From IMG/VR virus record IMGVR_UViG_3300031228_000017, positions 1 through 39,085 of that record: a stretch of DNA of 39,085 nucleotides. One strand, given 5' to 3'. Within the stretch, counting starts at the first letter, position 1, and each line of letters opens with the position of its first letter. The position numbers were made by a program, and so were the translations under genes. Source of the stretch: a virus. Taxonomy: Duplodnaviria > Caudoviricetes. Positions 25,306 to 34,052 of this stretch are shown piece after piece. The notes under the pieces are model-generated. The model searched no databases and was not told the origin of the DNA. It saw only the letters and a list, made by a program, of their open reading frames with translations.

Positions 25306-26538
25306 ATGGACAACTTGAACCCCCTTCTCGCGGAGCGGGCAACGAAGGTCGCCGCGATGCGCGCGATGGTCGAGGGTTCCGAGGCGCGTGGCGAGGTCAC
25401 GGCCGAGGACACTCAGGCGATCGAGCGCATCACGGACGAGATCCGCGGACTCGACTCCCGGATCACGAACCTGACCAACGTCCGCAACTTCGAGAACACG
25501 TACGAGGCCGAGGTCGATGGTCAGACCACGCAGACCCGGCAGGCCGAGATCGAGGGCGGCGAGTCCCGCCAGTACGCCGAGGCGTTCGAGGCGATGCTGC
25601 GCGGCGAGGCCGACGTCGATCAGATCAAGGCGCTTCGTCGCGGCTTCGTGTCGGAAGAGGCCCGCGATCAGACGAAGGGCGTCGCCGCGAAGGGCGGCTA
25701 CGTGGCACCGGACGAGTTCCAGAAGGTGCTGCTCTCGCGGGTCGAGGAACTGTCGCAGATGCGGCAGATCATCGGCGGCGCGAGCCTGACGACCGCTCAC
25801 GGAAACACGCTGACGTTCTCTCGCGAGGACGCGCAGGGTGCCGCCGCGTGGCTCGACGAGTCGGCCGCGTTCGTCGCGACCGACGACACGTTCGAGCAGG
25901 TCGAGATCGAGGCATGGAAGGCCGGTCGTCTGGTCAAGGCAACGATCGAACTCGTCGAGGACTCGTTCTTCGCGATCGACACGTACCTCGCCCGCTCGAT
26001 CGGGACGTCGCTCGCCAAGTTGGAGCAGGCCGCGTTCGTCTCCGGTGACGGAGTGAACAAGCCGACCGGCTTCATGGTGGACGCATCGACGGGCGTCACT
26101 TCGACGGAGGTCGCAGCCGACCTCTGCTCGGGCGACGAGATCATCGACCTCGTCTACTCGCTCTCGCCGAGCTACCGCGCGGGTGCCGAGTTCGTGGTCG
26201 CCGACCTCGCCGTCAAGGCCCTTCGCAAGCTGAAGGACAACGAGGGCCGCTACCTCTGGCAGGACGGCCTGCGCTCCGGCGAGCCGACGACCCTGTTCGG
26301 AAAGCCGGTGAACGTCGAGCCGAACATGCCCGTCCCGGCCGCGTCGGCGAAGCCGATCGCGTTCGGCAACTTCCGCGAGGGCTACATGATCCGCGACGTC
26401 TCCGGCGTCCGGATGGTGCGGCTGAACGAGCGGTACATCGCCGACGAGGGGAAGATCGGATTCCTCGGCTGGAAGCGCGTCGATGGGAAGCTCATCGACA
26501 CCGAGGCCGTCAAGGTCCTCGTCCAGGCCGCGGCGTAG
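25306..26538 (+). CDS. major capsid protein, HK97 fold with N-terminal delta domain
   Basis: Coiled-coil N terminus, GGYVAPDEF, GDGVNKPTGF, LKDNEGRYLW, FGNFREGY, RVDGK. Confidence 0.95.
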   Translation: MDNLNPLLAERATKVAAMRAMVEGSEARGEVTAEDTQAIERITDEIRGLDSRITNLTNVRNFENTYEAEVDGQTTQTRQAEIEGGESRQYAEAFEAMLRGEADVDQIKALRRGFVSEEARDQTKGVAAKGGYVAPDEFQKVLLSRVEELSQMRQIIGGASLTTAHGNTLTFSREDAQGAAAWLDESAAFVATDDTFEQVEIEAWKAGRLVKATIELVEDSFFAIDTYLARSIGTSLAKLEQAAFVSGDGVNKPTGFMVDASTGVTSTEVAADLCSGDEIIDLVYSLSPSYRAGAEFVVADLAVKALRKLKDNEGRYLWQDGLRSGEPTTLFGKPVNVEPNMPVPAASAKPIAFGNFREGYMIRDVSGVRMVRLNERYIADEGKIGFLGWKRVDGKLIDTEAVKVLVQAAA

Positions 26539-26560
26539 TCCGAGCCTCACCCGCTGAACC

Positions 26561-26586
26561 GAAGAGGCCCCTCCGGGGGCCTCTTC
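26561..26586 (+). terminator. hairpin after the capsid gene
   Basis: GAAGAGGCCCC-TCCG-GGGGCCTCTTC followed by TCGTTCC. Confidence 0.75.
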
Positions 26587-26597
26587 TCGTTCCCCCC

Positions 26598-26666
26598 TTG
26601 ACAACGTCCGGAGGCTCGTCTAGGATCCCCGACATGGAGTCCACTTCGAGCAAGGGAGCAGACATG
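26598..26666 (+). promoter_or_regulatory. repeated promoter/operator/RBS cassette (moron 1)
   Basis: TTGACA-17-TAGGAT-CCCCGAC-ATG(26634)...AAGGGAGCAGAC-ATG(26664). Confidence 0.85.
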
Positions 26667-27080
26667 ACGACGACCACTCGCGAGACGAAGACGCGCTTCA
26701 CCGAAGAGACGTGGGACGGCCTCCGCGACCGCCTCGGGAACCGCCGCGGCGTGACACGCGAGACGGCCCCGCGCGGCTGGATGCACTCGCACGATCTCGC
26801 CGTCGAGGCGTACGAGGCCCGCGAGGATCTCGACCTTCCGTTCGAGGCGTATCGCGACCTCGTCTCGGCCGCTTCCTCGGGCCTCCCGATCATCATTCGG
26901 CACCGCGACGGCTACCACGGGAAGACCGAGACGACGCGGACGTACATCGTCGAGCAGTTCATCGGCTACGGCGGCGGCACGACCTCGAACCTCTACGTCC
27001 GGTCGTGGGGCTTCGCCTTCCCGATCGCGCTCTCGCAGATCGTCTCCGTCGAGGTTCCCGAGCAGACCTTCCACTCGTAG
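26664..27080 (+). CDS. moron 1 hypothetical protein
   Basis: Own promoter and a downstream hairpin at 27103-27124, inside the head module. Confidence 0.75.
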   Translation: MTTTTRETKTRFTEETWDGLRDRLGNRRGVTRETAPRGWMHSHDLAVEAYEAREDLDLPFEAYRDLVSAASSGLPIIIRHRDGYHGKTETTRTYIVEQFIGYGGGTTSNLYVRSWGFAFPIALSQIVSVEVPEQTFHS

Positions 27081-27145
27081 CCCGTCTAAACGCCGCGCGG
27101 CCGAGGCCCGCTCCGGCGGGCCTCTCGCGTTCCGATAGACCGAGC

Positions 27146-27337
27146 ATGGAGAAGAAGACCACGAAGCGGCGGGCCGCGAAGCCCGCCGAGACGGCCGAGG
27201 CCCCGAGGACCGAGCAGGCCACCGCGCCGACGGTCGAGACGGCCGAGGCCCTGACGTACCGGACGCGCCGGATCGACGCGAACCTTCGCTCGACCGACGA
27301 CGGCCGAGTCCTGACGTCCGAGGACGAGCAGGCGTAG
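27146..27337 (+). CDS. small Lys/Ala/Thr-rich protein
   Basis: ATG 7 nt after TCCGATAG; MEKKTTKRRAAKPAETAE...; followed by a hairpin at 27344-27370. Confidence 0.6.
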   Translation: MEKKTTKRRAAKPAETAEAPRTEQATAPTVETAEALTYRTRRIDANLRSTDDGRVLTSEDEQA

Positions 27338-27391
27338 GAACGGGGGCCACCCTGCCCGGCAGGGTGGCCCTCTTCCGATAGACCCTTCAGA

Positions 27392-27802
27392 ATGGCGGAC
27401 TTCCTTCTCTTCGACGAGGGCGCGGGCGAGCTTCTCGCCTCCGGGCTTCCCGCGACGTGCTACTTCCTGCTCTCGACGAAGTCGGTCGATGGGACGTCGC
27501 CGTTCGCGGCCTCGGACGTCATCGGCACGGGCGACGGCGAGATCACCGGCACGGGCTACGCCCGCGAGTCGCAGGCCGAGCCTGCGATCGGCGGCGACCG
27601 CGACGCGGACTTCGCGCTCATGTCATGGGCGACGGGCGCGGCGACGGACTGGCCCGCCGACGTTCGGTCGGTCGTCCTCGTCACGTCTTCGGATGACACC
27701 GGCAAGATGGTCTGCGCCTGGAACTTGCAGACCGGCGGGGCCGCGCGCGACATGTCGGGCGCGAACACGACCGAGAACGTCACTCCGACCCTCGCGCTCT
27801 AA
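27392..27802 (+). CDS. putative virion protein
   Basis: Acidic, beta-rich; GEITGTGYARES; lies in the head module. Confidence 0.65.
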   Translation: MADFLLFDEGAGELLASGLPATCYFLLSTKSVDGTSPFAASDVIGTGDGEITGTGYARESQAEPAIGGDRDADFALMSWATGAATDWPADVRSVVLVTSSDDTGKMVCAWNLQTGGAARDMSGANTTENVTPTLAL

Positions 27803-27814
27803 CCCCGCCGGGCC

Positions 27815-28408
27815 ATGGCGCTCGTCTTCGACGAGTCCTACTTCAGGGGCGACCGGCTCGACGGGTACACGGACTATGGCCGCGCGATGTGGGGCGGGAC
27901 GTGGACGTTCGGCGGCTTCGCCGAGGACACGCTCGACCGGGCGGCCTCGAAGGGCGTCTCGCTCTCGAACCGCTCCGTCCTCGTCGTCGGCTCGGGGTTC
28001 GGCTTCATGGTCGAGGAACTGCTCGCCCGCGGCGTCAATGCGTGGGGCCTCGACGTGTCGGAGTACGCGATCTCGCAGACCCCGGCGGCGATCGTCGGCC
28101 GGAACCTTCTCGGCGACGCGCGTCTCCGCTCGGCGCTGAACGCGGCGCGCTCCGCGGCGGGCCTGAAGGGGAACGCGCGCTTCGACCTCATCCTCACCGA
28201 GGACGTCCTCCCCTGCATGTCCTCGGACGCGGAGGCGCTCGCCCTCGCGGTCGAGCTTCGCCGTCACGCGATCCGCGTCGGACACCGCGTCTCGACGTTC
28301 CCGTCGCTCGCCGACGTCGGCTACCTCTGGCACACGCTCGCCGAGTGGCGGGCGCTTCTCGGCTCCGGCGATTGGCTGTGGGATTACCACGACTGGACGG
28401 AGGGGTAA
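27815..28408 (+). CDS. class I SAM-dependent methyltransferase
   Basis: FDESYF; motif I VLVVGSGFGF; GLDVSEYAI; FDLILTEDVL. Confidence 0.75.
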   Translation: MALVFDESYFRGDRLDGYTDYGRAMWGGTWTFGGFAEDTLDRAASKGVSLSNRSVLVVGSGFGFMVEELLARGVNAWGLDVSEYAISQTPAAIVGRNLLGDARLRSALNAARSAAGLKGNARFDLILTEDVLPCMSSDAEALALAVELRRHAIRVGHRVSTFPSLADVGYLWHTLAEWRALLGSGDWLWDYHDWTEG

Positions 28409-30244
28409 ATGGCTAACGACTTCCTGCTCCCCGCGTCAGACGCGGCGGCCGGTAGCTTCACCCCGAGTAGCGGTGCGTCGCTCGCCGCGATGGTCGCCAC
28501 CGTGTTCGACTCGGAGTACGCGGGCGCTCCGGTGAACGATTCGGGCGGCGTTATGCGCCTGACGCTCGGACCTCTCGCGGACGACGTCGAGACGATTACC
28601 GCCGTCGGGATCACGATGCGGGCAACGAAGGCCGTCGCGGGCGACGATACGCACTCGCTGGATTGGGGGATCGTAGCCGCGGACGGAACGACGCTGCTCA
28701 CGACGACGGCGAACGCGATCCTCGGGGGTTCCGCGGCCTCGTACGGGTCGGCGATCTCCGTCCTCAACACGGATCCGGCGGCCTGGGTTGGGGCGCAGTT
28801 GTACGTGAACTCGACCGTCACCCGAAACATGGGCGGCGACGGCTCGCAGACGCGCGTCATCTACTCGGCCGTCACCGTCGAATACACGCCGGTCGTCTCC
28901 GGGACGACCTATGACGACGTTCCGACCGGCACCGCGGCGGCGTCCGGCGCGCTCGTCGAGTCGTTCTCCGCGGACGACGCGCCCTCGGGCGCGGCCGTCG
29001 CGTCCGGCTCGATCGTCGAGTCCTACTCCGTCCCGGCGGTCTACTCGGACACGCCCTCGGGCGAGATCGCCGCGTCCGGCGCGCTCGCCGCGTCTCACGT
29101 CATGGAGGACGCGCCCTCGGGCGCGGCCGTCGCCTCGGGCGCGCTCGTCGAGTCGCACTCCGTCTCGATCGACTACTCGGACACGCCGACCGGCTCGATC
29201 GTCGCGGGCGGGACTCTCGTCGAGTCGCTCGCCGCCGCGGATTCCCCCTCGGGCGCGGCCGTCGCGACCGGCTCGATCGTCGAGTCGCGCGAGATCGCCT
29301 TCGACGACTCCCCCGCCGGGGCAGCCGTCGCCTCGGGGTCGCTCTCGGAGTCGCTCTCCGCGGCCGACGTCGTCGCGGGGCAGGCGCTCGCGTCCGGCTC
29401 GGTCGTCGAGTCGTGGTCGCTCGGCTACTCGGACACGCCGACGGGCGAGATCGCCGCGTCCGGCGCGCTCGTCGAGACGCACGCTTTCGCCGACGAGCCG
29501 ACCGGGACGGCCGTCGCGTCCGGCTCGATCGTCGAGGCGCTCGCCGCGGCCGACTCCCCGGCCGGGACGATCGTCGCGTCCGGCTCGATCGTCGAGTCGT
29601 GGGAGACGGCAGGCTCGACGACGTACACGGACGCTCCGTCCGGCTCGATCGTCGCCTCAGGGGCGGTCGCCGAGAGTCACGTCGGCGACGACGCTCCGGC
29701 CGGGGACGGTATCCCCTCCGGCGACCTCGAAGAGGCGCACGCGGCCTCTGACGAGCCGGAAGGGACGATCGTCGCGTCCGGCTCGATCGTCGAGTCGTGG
29801 GAGGTCGGTCAGACGACCTACACGGACGCTCCGACCGGCACGGCGACCGCGAGCGGATCCCTCGCCGAGTCTCACTCGCGCGACGCCGTCCTCGCCGGAG
29901 TCGCGGTCGCGTCCGGACTCGCCGCCGAGTCGCTCGTCTTCGTCGATACCGTCGAGGCGCTCGCGCTCGCCACGGGGACGGCCGCCGAGTCGCTCGTCTT
30001 CGACGACCTCGCGTCCGGCGCGGCGCTCGCCTCAGGCTCGCTCGTCGAGTCGTGGGGCGTGGGCCTCATCTACCCGGGGTTCGTCGCGCTCGAAGACGCG
30101 GCCGGGGGCGTGGCGCTCTCCGACTCCGCTCCGGCCGTGGCGCTCACGGACTCGGCCGGGACGGCCCGTCTAAACGACGCAGCGGGGAGCGTCGGCCTCG
30201 CCGACGCGGCAGGCTCGGCTGCGCTCGTAGACGCGCTCCGATAG
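28409..30244 (+). CDS. acidic repeat-rich putative virion fibre protein
   Basis: About 18 repeats of D-x-P-x-G-x3-ASG-x3-ES plus about 6 C-terminal 9 aa repeats. Confidence 0.75.
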   Translation: MANDFLLPASDAAAGSFTPSSGASLAAMVATVFDSEYAGAPVNDSGGVMRLTLGPLADDVETITAVGITMRATKAVAGDDTHSLDWGIVAADGTTLLTTTANAILGGSAASYGSAISVLNTDPAAWVGAQLYVNSTVTRNMGGDGSQTRVIYSAVTVEYTPVVSGTTYDDVPTGTAAASGALVESFSADDAPSGAAVASGSIVESYSVPAVYSDTPSGEIAASGALAASHVMEDAPSGAAVASGALVESHSVSIDYSDTPTGSIVAGGTLVESLAAADSPSGAAVATGSIVESREIAFDDSPAGAAVASGSLSESLSAADVVAGQALASGSVVESWSLGYSDTPTGEIAASGALVETHAFADEPTGTAVASGSIVEALAAADSPAGTIVASGSIVESWETAGSTTYTDAPSGSIVASGAVAESHVGDDAPAGDGIPSGDLEEAHAASDEPEGTIVASGSIVESWEVGQTTYTDAPTGTATASGSLAESHSRDAVLAGVAVASGLAAESLVFVDTVEALALATGTAAESLVFDDLASGAALASGSLVESWGVGLIYPGFVALEDAAGGVALSDSAPAVALTDSAGTARLNDAAGSVGLADAAGSAALVDALR

Positions 30245-30251
30245 TCCAAGC

Positions 30252-30569
30252 GTGAACCGGGCGACGGAGAATCAGTATCGCGAGGGCGCGCGCCCGCGAA
30301 TCCGCGGCACGTTCACGGACGACGACGGCGCAGCCTTCACCCCGACGACGCACACCCTCACCGTCCGGCAACCGGACGGCGGCGGCGTGGACGTCTACAC
30401 GGACGCGGCAACCCCGAGCGGCTCCGACCCGAACGTCCTCGAACGTCGCCTCCCGGCCGTGACGACCCCCGGCCGCTGGCATTACCGCTTCGCGGCCGAC
30501 GACGGCCTGCACTTCGCCGTAGACGAGGCGTCCTTCTTCGTCTTCGCCTCGGAGGTCGAGGCAGAGTGA
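30252..30569 (+). CDS. small beta-rich virion protein
   Basis: GTG 7 nt after TCCGATAG; LTVRQPDG...PGRWHYRF...FFV. Confidence 0.65.
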   Translation: MNRATENQYREGARPRIRGTFTDDDGAAFTPTTHTLTVRQPDGGGVDVYTDAATPSGSDPNVLERRLPAVTTPGRWHYRFAADDGLHFAVDEASFFVFASEVEAE

Positions 30570-31192
30570 AGACCTACGATCTCACGACCACGGCGACCGC
30601 AAACGTCTTCGCGCGGATCAAGCGCGCGGACTCGGAAGCCGCGATCCGCGTCCCGATCCTCGTCTCGGCCATGTCGAAGGCGATCGGCCGGTACACGCAG
30701 CGGCAGTTCATCGGCCTGAACGACCCGACCGCGCCCGGCGGCGCGATCGACGTCGGGGCCGAGGTCGCGCGCCGGTACGAGTACGACGGCTCCGGCTACC
30801 TCTCGCTCGCGCCCTACGAGGCCCGCTCGATCTCGGCGATCACGCTCGACGGCGACGCGCTCACCGAGCGCGCGACCGGCGGCGCGCTCGACTCGGACGA
30901 GTACCTCCCGCGCCCGCTCATGCAGACCCCCGAGGGGACGTACCTCTCGCTCGCCCTGCCCGAGTCGAACTGCGGCTCGATCGTCGAAGTCACGGGCCTT
31001 TGGGGGATCGTGGACGTCCCCGCAGACGTCGAGCTTGCCTGCCTTCACGCCGTCTCCGACGGCTACCGCAACCCGGAGGGCGTCCCGTCCCGCTCGATCG
31101 GCGACGGCCTGATCCTCGGCGAGGACTCCGACGAGGGCGGCTCCCTGCCGCGCGCCGCGCGCGCGCTGCTCTCGCCGCTCTGTCGGCCGTAG
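30566..31192 (+). CDS. head-to-tail adaptor
   Basis: AIGRYTQRQF...RYEYDG...VEVTGLWG..VPADVELAC; position after the head genes. Confidence 0.7.
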   Translation: MKTYDLTTTATANVFARIKRADSEAAIRVPILVSAMSKAIGRYTQRQFIGLNDPTAPGGAIDVGAEVARRYEYDGSGYLSLAPYEARSISAITLDGDALTERATGGALDSDEYLPRPLMQTPEGTYLSLALPESNCGSIVEVTGLWGIVDVPADVELACLHAVSDGYRNPEGVPSRSIGDGLILGEDSDEGGSLPRAARALLSPLCRP

Positions 31193-31194
31193 CC

Positions 31195-31599
31195 GTGTCC
31201 GAGTTCACGTCCTTTCGCGAGGCCGTCCGCGACCTCGTCGCGACCGCGGCGGGGATCGCGCTCACCGTGAACGGGGCCGTGGCGGGGCCGTCCGAGACGG
31301 ACGTCGTCGCGGTCTTCCCCGGCGGCTCGGCGGCGAACGACGCGAATCAGCAGTTCCGACTGCGCTCCGTCACGGCGCGCGTCATCCTCGGCCGCGACGT
31401 CGAGGTCGGCCCGTTCGACGACGACCCGCTCGACGTCATGGAGACGATCGAGGCGGCCGTCCTCCTGGCCCTGACGGGCTACTTGACCGTCCCGGAGGGC
31501 CTCGTCCGCGTCGTCTCCTGCGATACCTCGTTCGACCCGACGGCGGCGTCGATCGACTTCGTCATCGTTGGCGAGTTCGACAACCCGAACGAGGTCTAG
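31195..31599 (+). CDS. putative tail terminator/completion protein
   Basis: 134 aa acidic ORF between the adaptor and tail tube genes. Confidence 0.5.
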   Translation: MSEFTSFREAVRDLVATAAGIALTVNGAVAGPSETDVVAVFPGGSAANDANQQFRLRSVTARVILGRDVEVGPFDDDPLDVMETIEAAVLLALTGYLTVPEGLVRVVSCDTSFDPTAASIDFVIVGEFDNPNEV

Positions 31600-31601
31600 C
31601 C

Positions 31602-32063
31602 GTGGCCCGGCAACGCTCGACCATGCGCTTCGAGACGAGGCACGGCTTCGGGCGCTACCGGCGGCAGCTTCAGGCGGCGGCCCGTGACGGCGTCATCGCG
31701 GCGAGCGAGGCGGCGGCGGCGAACGCGCGCGTCCTCGCGCCCGTGGGCGACGGGAAGTCCGGGATCACGCCGGGACACCTTCGCGACACGATCGAGCCGG
31801 TGAACGTGGGCCGGTCCCGGCGCGGCTACTCCGGCGGCGTCGGCTCGTCCGACCCGGTCGCCGTCTTCCTTGAACTCGGCACGTTCGGCCGACGCACGCG
31901 CAAGGCGCGGCAGGCGGGGACGGAGATCCGCCGGAAGTTCAATCGGAGCGCGAAGACCGGGGCCGGGATCCCGCCGCGGCGCTTCCTCCGGAAGGCCGCG
32001 ATAAACGCGCTTCCGACGCTGCTCGCGACCATGAAGGCCCGCGCCGGACGCCGGATCCTGTAG
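31602..32063 (+). CDS. HK97 gp10-like tail component
   Basis: APV...TPGHLRDTI...AVFLELGT...PPRRFLRKA. Confidence 0.75.
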   Translation: MARQRSTMRFETRHGFGRYRRQLQAAARDGVIAASEAAAANARVLAPVGDGKSGITPGHLRDTIEPVNVGRSRRGYSGGVGSSDPVAVFLELGTFGRRTRKARQAGTEIRRKFNRSAKTGAGIPPRRFLRKAAINALPTLLATMKARAGRRIL

Positions 32064-32104
32064 GCCCCGGCTCGCGACGGCCGCGCGCTCCGATAGTCCA
32101 TGGG

Positions 32105-32317
32105 ATGAAGCGAACCGCTTACGCAACGGTCGAGGGCGCGGCGTCGGTCACGATCGCCGTCCCCGAGACGTCCGGGATCGTCCGCGTCGAGGGTCGGTAC
32201 GAGACGGCCTGCCCGTTCGAGATCGCCCGGCTCGACGCCCATCCGAACGTGACGCGCGCCCCGAGGCGCGCGCCTGACACCGACACCGACACCCCGACTC
32301 CGAAAGGCGACGCCTAG
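32105..32317 (+). CDS. hypothetical protein
   Basis: ATG 8 nt after TCCGATAG; directly before the tail tube gene. Confidence 0.55.
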   Translation: MKRTAYATVEGAASVTIAVPETSGIVRVEGRYETACPFEIARLDAHPNVTRAPRRAPDTDTDTPTPKGDA

Positions 32318-32319
32318 AC

Positions 32320-33318
32320 ATGTCCGGCCTTCCCTCGTTCGGGACGATCAGCCTCGCCCTTCAGTCCGCGAAGGGCGTTCCGGCGGCCGTCCCCACGCAC
32401 AAGTTCAACCTTGCGTCAGACCCGAGCTTCGGCCCGGCGAAGACCCGCGAGCGGTACGTCTCGACCGACCTCGACAACGGCCCGGCGTTCACGTCGCTTC
32501 TGGCCGTCGAGGGGAACATGACGGTCTACGCGCACCCCGACGGGGTCGCCTTCCTGCTCGCGGCCGTGTCCGGAGACGTCACGTCGGACGGCACGGGCGG
32601 GCACGTCATCGTCCCCGCCGATGACATGCTTTGGGTGACGGCCTTCCGCGAGGTCGGCGGCGTCATCGTCGAGCAGTTCGTGGACTGCAAGGTCCACGCG
32701 ATCACGCTCGAAGGCGAGGCGGGGCAGGCGCTCACGATCGCCGTCGAGGTCATCGGCTGCGAGGCCCACTGGAAGACCGGCGCGAACGCCGACGCGATCG
32801 AGGCCGTGACGGCGCTGTCTGCCGACGGGTACATCTACCCCGAGGCGCAGGGCCGTATCAAGCTGAACGCGACCGAAGAGAGGATTCACTCGATCACGTT
32901 CGGGATCTCCCGCAACGGCTCCGGCTATCAGTCGGACGGCTACGGGTACGACGACGTCGATCCCGGGAAGCGCGAGGTCACGCTCTCATTCTCGACGCGG
33001 CTCGGCTCGGGCGCGATCGGCGCGGCCGACTACGCCGAGTTCTACTACGGCGACGCGGCCCCGGCGGACGGCACGGAGCTTTCCCCGGCCGTGGCGACGG
33101 CGGCGTTCGAGGTCGAGTTCTTCCGCTCCGCGGATCTCTCGCTCGCGATCGCTCTCCCCGAGATCACGTACGCGGCCGTCCCGGTGAACGCGTCCACGTC
33201 GGGCGAGCCGATCGACGTCGAGGTCGCCTGCGAGGTCGAGAAGCCGAGCGGCTCCCCGATCTACACGATCACGGTGAACGACGGCATGGCGGATCTCGCC
33301 GGGACGCCCGCCGCGTAG
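32320..33318 (+). CDS. major tail tube protein
   Basis: LQSAKGVP..., FVDCKV..ITLEG, PGKREVTLSF; position before a terminator and the chaperone/tape measure genes. Confidence 0.8.
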   Translation: MSGLPSFGTISLALQSAKGVPAAVPTHKFNLASDPSFGPAKTRERYVSTDLDNGPAFTSLLAVEGNMTVYAHPDGVAFLLAAVSGDVTSDGTGGHVIVPADDMLWVTAFREVGGVIVEQFVDCKVHAITLEGEAGQALTIAVEVIGCEAHWKTGANADAIEAVTALSADGYIYPEAQGRIKLNATEERIHSITFGISRNGSGYQSDGYGYDDVDPGKREVTLSFSTRLGSGAIGAADYAEFYYGDAAPADGTELSPAVATAAFEVEFFRSADLSLAIALPEITYAAVPVNASTSGEPIDVEVACEVEKPSGSPIYTITVNDGMADLAGTPAA

Positions 33319-33341
33319 CCCCCGCTCGATCCGGTGAAGTC

Positions 33342-33365
33342 GAGAGGCCCCCTCGGGGGCCTCTC
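33342..33365 (+). terminator. hairpin after the tail tube gene
   Basis: GAGAGGCCCC-CTCG-GGGGCCTCTC followed by TCGCGTTCC. Confidence 0.75.
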
Positions 33366-33381
33366 TCGCGTTCCGGCCCCC

Positions 33382-33450
33382 TTGACACCGTCCGGAGGCT
33401 CGTCTAGGATCCCCGACATGGAGTCCACTTCGAGCAAGGGAGCAGACATG
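33382..33450 (+). promoter_or_regulatory. repeated promoter/operator/RBS cassette (moron 2)
   Basis: TTGACA-17-TAGGAT-CCCCGAC-ATG(33418)...AAGGGAGCAGAC-ATG(33448); nearly identical to 26598-26666. Confidence 0.85.
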
Positions 33451-33960
33451 ACCGAGATCCTCGACCCCCGCCGCGAGCAGATGATCGCCGAGTACGGCGA
33501 CGACCTCGTCTCCGGGCGCGTCTTCGCGCGGCACGCGGCCTCGCATCGCGGCCGACTTAGCTACATGCCTCCGATCGACCGCCGCGCGTACTCGCAGATC
33601 GTCCGCACGCTCGGCGACATGGCGGCCGAGTCCGATTCGCTCGCGCAGATCGCGAACGCGATCGTCGGCCGCGTGAACCTCTACGGGACGCGCGCGCAAG
33701 TGTGCGCCGCGATGTACGACGCGGCGACCGGCGCGGTCGCGAAGGGCTACCGCGACGTCCTCTCGCTCGCCTCGCCCGAGCCGGGGCGCGAGTCGGACGC
33801 GCGCCGGAAGTTCACGACCGGCGAGGCCGCGCTCGTCGCGATGTACCTCGCCGCGGCAACGAAGGGCCTCACGGACTCGACTCACGGGATCGGATGGGTT
33901 CTCGCCCGGATCGTCGAGGACTGCGGCCTGACGCACCGGAAGGACGCGCTCGGCGTCTAG
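33448..33960 (+). CDS. moron 2 hypothetical protein
   Basis: Own promoter and a downstream hairpin at 33985-34008, inside the tail module. Confidence 0.75.
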   Translation: MTEILDPRREQMIAEYGDDLVSGRVFARHAASHRGRLSYMPPIDRRAYSQIVRTLGDMAAESDSLAQIANAIVGRVNLYGTRAQVCAAMYDAATGAVAKGYRDVLSLASPEPGRESDARRKFTTGEAALVAMYLAAATKGLTDSTHGIGWVLARIVEDCGLTHRKDALGV

Positions 33961-34052
33961 GCCCGTCTAAACGCCCGCTCGGCCCGAGGCCCTCTCCGGA
34001 GGGCCTCGTCGCGTCGAGGCCCCTCGACGTCGCCCTCCGATAGTCCGACTAC

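Noticed and set aside
28900-30060. DNA repeats as a DGR template/variable pair or a mobile repeat
   Set aside because: They are explained by protein tandem repeats, and no reverse transcriptase is present in the window
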